A stretch of 64,000 nucleotides of DNA, taken from positions 1-64,000 of IMG/VR virus record IMGVR_UViG_3300022226_000004, one strand, 5' to 3'. Origin of the DNA: a virus. The notes beneath the pieces were generated by a model, which made no database searches, was not told the origin of the DNA, and saw nothing but the letters and a program-made list of their open reading frames with translations. This document shows positions 60,800 to 64,000 of this stretch, one piece after another; position 1 is the first letter of the stretch; each line of letters begins with the position of its first letter. Made by a program: the position numbers and the translations under genes.

Positions 60800-61186
60800 A
60801 TGAAGAAGAAATCGAAACCGAAACCCGATGGGCTTCCGCCGTTGATCGACTTCGGGCAGAAGGAGGTCATTAGACACCGGTGCCTCGTTTGCCAAGAACC
60901 GACCGGCAAAGAGGAACAACGAACCATCTCGAAAGAAGCCGACCCACTCAAGGAGAAGACAGTCGCCGATGTGACCTGGGGCCTTTGCGGCGATTGCGCA
61001 TCCAAGGCTGAGTCCGGTTACACCTTCATTTTTTGTGAGGGCAACGACCCGCGTGTGGCTAAATTTGGCCCAGACCTTTCAAAGAAGCTATTCAAACCCG
61101 AGGCAATTGGCCAGGTTTTACGCGTGTCTGTCCAGGAATTCGATGCGATGCAGGAAAAACTTGGGATGCGCAAAGAAAACACTTGA
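60800..61186 (+). CDS. Zn-finger protein
   Basis: CLVC..CGDC. Confidence 0.6.
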   Translation: MKKKSKPKPDGLPPLIDFGQKEVIRHRCLVCQEPTGKEEQRTISKEADPLKEKTVADVTWGLCGDCASKAESGYTFIFCEGNDPRVAKFGPDLSKKLFKPEAIGQVLRVSVQEFDAMQEKLGMRKENT

Positions 61187-61211
61187 CGTTTAAAGAGAGT
61201 GGGCATAGGCT
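61183..61211 (+). promoter_or_regulatory. sigma70-like promoter, probably leaderless
   Basis: TTGACG-17-TAGGCT, ATG 6 nt downstream. Confidence 0.6.
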
Positions 61212-61217
61212 CGCCTC

Positions 61218-62192
61218 ATGAGTGAACATCTTGAGTCGGAAAGCGCCCCACTAATTCAACCATCCCACCTGTCAGCGATCGAGAAAGCACAGATCGACAG
61301 CCAGGTAGCCACGGCGAAGAAATACCCGAGATCCCTGGCCGAGTGTAAGAAGCGCATGCTCGACGTAGTCCAGCTGGATCAGGAGACAGCAGCGAGTTGT
61401 TTCTATACCCTGCCTGCTCGAGCGGCAGGAACCAAGCCTATCCAGGGACCCAGTATTCGATTGGCCGAGGTTGCTGTGGCTAGCTACACCAACCTGGCTG
61501 CCGGAGCTAGGATAGTGGAGGACGACGGAACATTCGTGACAGCTCAAGGGGTGTGCTTCGACATGGAAAACAATACCAGGGTCACGATGGAAGTGAAGCG
61601 CCGGGTTCGTGACAAACACGGGCGCCGGTATTCTGACGATGTCGTGGGCACAACCATGAACGCAGCGTGCGCCATCGCATTCAGGAACTCTGTGTTCAAA
61701 GTTATCCCCGGAGCTTTGGTCAAACCCGTCTACCAGAAGGCCTTGGAATACGCCGTCGGTGACAAGAAGACACTGGCTATGCGCCGCTCTAAGGCGGTCG
61801 AACATTTCAATAAACTGGGCATCGATAACGAGCGGCTCTTTGCCGCCATCAACGTCAAGGGCCTAGAAGAGATCACCTTGGATAAGCTCGGTGTCCTTCT
61901 CGGCTATCACACTGCCATCAGTGACGGCGACATGACTTTGGACGAAGCTTTCCCGGAGGTAGACAAACCAAAATCCTCCGGGCTCACACCACCACAAAAA
62001 AAAGCAAAAGCGAAGAAGCCTGCCACGCCAGCAGGCAATGGAGGCAAGGAGAAGGAGGTAGCTCCCACTGCTGCAACCGAAGCTGCCCCTTCTCCAACTC
62101 TCCCGGAACCAGACCCAAATGATGCTGCCGATGATGAGCCAGAGCCGGATGAGCCGAACTCATCACAAGACGAGGAACCAGAACTATTCTAA
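61218..62192 (+). CDS. putative ssDNA-annealing/recombination protein
   Basis: QVATAKKYPR..CFYTLP..GPSIRLAE..AFRNSVFKVIP; acidic C-tail ending ELF; upstream of a nuclease. Confidence 0.55.
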   Translation: MSEHLESESAPLIQPSHLSAIEKAQIDSQVATAKKYPRSLAECKKRMLDVVQLDQETAASCFYTLPARAAGTKPIQGPSIRLAEVAVASYTNLAAGARIVEDDGTFVTAQGVCFDMENNTRVTMEVKRRVRDKHGRRYSDDVVGTTMNAACAIAFRNSVFKVIPGALVKPVYQKALEYAVGDKKTLAMRRSKAVEHFNKLGIDNERLFAAINVKGLEEITLDKLGVLLGYHTAISDGDMTLDEAFPEVDKPKSSGLTPPQKKAKAKKPATPAGNGGKEKEVAPTAATEAAPSPTLPEPDPNDAADDEPEPDEPNSSQDEEPELF

Positions 62193-62373
62193 TGAACCAG
62201 CGACGAGCTAAGATGATCAACAGTCTGGCGGCAATCGTAGCTGCCAGTGACCCCGAAGATAGACCAGCCAAGTTTTTTGCCAGACAATGCCGCAAGTCAT
62301 ACCTTCGAGTGCCGAGGCCTCTGCGCTTCCAATGGATGCAGGAACTGGAACAACAAGTCATGAGTGACAGGGC

Positions 62374-63516
62374 ATGAGCGACGAACGAAAAGGGCTGCCG
62401 TCAGCCAGTGAACTCGGCCGCATTGTAGCATGCCCTGGCTACCTCAAGGCGAAGGCCAAGTTCCCGCACACCGAGCAAAAGCATTTGGCTTATGCCGCCA
62501 GTGGTGAGGAGATCCATGACCAGCTTCAGCAAGAGGTAGGTGATGAGACATTCGAATGGCAGAACCTGACCCAGCGAGAGGAGTGGGTTGCTGAGCGCTG
62601 TGTCCGCATCCGAAGGGAGCTCTGCAAAGAACTGCTCGGCCAGGAAGAACCCGAAGACCCTTATGTCGAACAACGGTTCTGGCTCAAGAAGGTAGGCACG
62701 GAGTGCTTCAGCTCCCGCGTTGACTTCGCAGCCTTCTCTCATGATTGGCGCAAGCTGCTGATCGTGGACTACAAGTCAGGGCCAGGCATCTACCCTGATG
62801 CTACGATGAACTGGCAGATTCATGGGAGCATAGCGGCAATGGCTTACAGTGTGGCGGAGTCCGACCCCGAGAAGTTTGACAAGCTGAAGACTGTCTACGG
62901 AGCCATCATCCAACCCTTGGTCACGGTGAAGCCTGAAATCCTCGAGCTTGATGCCGCAGAGATTGCCCCACTACAAACGCAAGTGAGGCATGCGCTTTCG
63001 GCGGCCAAGTTGAAGTCACCTCCGAGGATCCCTGGGTTGCACTGCATGTATTGCCCTGTCAGTGGTGCTTGCCCAGAGGCACAGGCAGCCACACCGTTAG
63101 TCATTGAGACCAGGTGGAAGGATCAGTTGCCTGACCTGCCTCCAGCATCCATCGCAAGGATGTTGCCTTATGTCTCCGTCATTCAACAACGCTTGGATGC
63201 GCTGAAGGAGCGAGCTAAGGACATACTGAGGAAAGACCCGGATGCTCTGCCGGGATACGTTCTTAAAGAAGTAGCAGGCGGGCATGAAGTCAAGGATGTT
63301 AATGCTTTCGCCAAGGTGGTTTCAGATCATGTCGGGCGTGACGACTTGCGCCCGTTGATGAAACTTCCAGTTGCGCAGGTCAGGGACATGTGGGTTGAGC
63401 GATATTCAAAGTCCGCGAACACCACGAAGGTTGAAGCCAAAAAAGTATGGGAGCTCCTTATCGAGGACGCCACGACCCAGAAGCCTAGCCACGAACGTTT
63501 ATTCAGGAAGAAATGA
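62374..63516 (+). CDS. DUF2800 / Cas4-like PD-(D/E)XK nuclease
   Basis: SAS..RIVACPG, G..IH, VEQR, D..IVDYKSG, N.QI, IIQP, HCMYCP...CP (4-Cys set). Confidence 0.8.
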   Translation: MSDERKGLPSASELGRIVACPGYLKAKAKFPHTEQKHLAYAASGEEIHDQLQQEVGDETFEWQNLTQREEWVAERCVRIRRELCKELLGQEEPEDPYVEQRFWLKKVGTECFSSRVDFAAFSHDWRKLLIVDYKSGPGIYPDATMNWQIHGSIAAMAYSVAESDPEKFDKLKTVYGAIIQPLVTVKPEILELDAAEIAPLQTQVRHALSAAKLKSPPRIPGLHCMYCPVSGACPEAQAATPLVIETRWKDQLPDLPPASIARMLPYVSVIQQRLDALKERAKDILRKDPDALPGYVLKEVAGGHEVKDVNAFAKVVSDHVGRDDLRPLMKLPVAQVRDMWVERYSKSANTTKVEAKKVWELLIEDATTQKPSHERLFRKK

Positions 63517-63965
63517 ATGCGATAACAGAACAGGAAAAACTAGTTGCCGCCCTTTACAAGGGGTTGGCTCCGATGCGTGAGAAAACTTCGCTCAATGAGC
63601 AGGAGTCTCAGACGATAGCATGGGCAGCGGTGAGCACGTTCGACTTGCTCAAACAGCACTGGCTCAAGGACATCAGGACGGGGCTCCTCAACGGGGAGGC
63701 CAAGACCAAGATTACATTAGGCCTGTCTATTGACTTCTCGTCAGAGCCGGGATCCATTGACACCAAGATCGTGGGCAACTACGGCAAGTGGGACGACTCG
63801 ACTGGCGCCATCTTCTTGCGGGATGCCAAGCAGTTTGAGCTCCCGTTCATGGGTGAAGCAAGACTTGCGACACCCGAGGACGAAGACAACGACGAGGAGG
63901 ACGACAACGACGAGGAGGAAGACGATGGGGATGCTGAGGACGATGGCACGCCGGATCTTACGTGA
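63513..63965 (+). CDS. hypothetical protein with acidic tail
   Basis: ATGA coupling; D/E-rich C-terminus. Confidence 0.55.
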   Translation: MNAITEQEKLVAALYKGLAPMREKTSLNEQESQTIAWAAVSTFDLLKQHWLKDIRTGLLNGEAKTKITLGLSIDFSSEPGSIDTKIVGNYGKWDDSTGAIFLRDAKQFELPFMGEARLATPEDEDNDEEDDNDEEEDDGDAEDDGTPDLT

Positions 63966-64000
63966 GACACCGGATGCATACCTGGCCGCGAAACTCAAGG

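Noticed and set aside
60771-60830. Hammerhead ribozyme (CTGACGA...GAAA)
   Set aside because: No stem II closing directly onto GAAA; the GAAA copies lie in the Lys-rich start of the next CDS
62374-63516. CRISPR-Cas system from the Cas4-like gene
   Set aside because: No other cas genes or array; stand-alone DUF2800-type nucleases are common in phage recombination modules

Overview
The window is a ~64-kb segment of a tailed dsDNA bacteriophage with podovirus-like organisation (no tape-measure, sheath or tube genes seen). No rRNA, tRNA, CRISPR array, integrase or IS element was found. About 0.4-34 kb (minus strand) is the virion module: putative lectin/fibre genes, lysis-type membrane proteins, portal, scaffold, major capsid protein with terminator, adaptor, GT4 glycosyltransferase, tail-collar protein, nozzle, GNAT-like protein and three apparently Cys-free ejection-type proteins, the largest ~2,955 aa. 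The large terminase is inverted (plus strand) and sits behind a palindromic back-to-back promoter. About 34-46 kb is an accessory region rich in glycan enzymes (SAM methyltransferase, sulfotransferase-like, NRS/ER-type NDP-rhamnose synthase, double beta-helix depolymerase), plus a cold-shock protein, DUF3310, an MmcB-like nuclease and an FN3 protein. About 45.7-48.2 kb has replication-initiator-like HTH genes with iteron-like repeats, a candidate sRNA and an abrupt strand-composition switch. About 48.9-64 kb (plus strand) is an early region of small ORFs with RadC/JAB, DUF932-like, an SSAP-like protein and a DUF2800/Cas4-like nuclease. The most striking unexplained signals are a ~620-nt multi-branched, highly paired non-coding region (48255-48872) with further structured elements at ~52.8, ~59.1 and ~45.7 kb, and a dispersed glycan synthesis and decoration toolkit. 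All functional calls come from motifs read by eye and gene order, not database searches.
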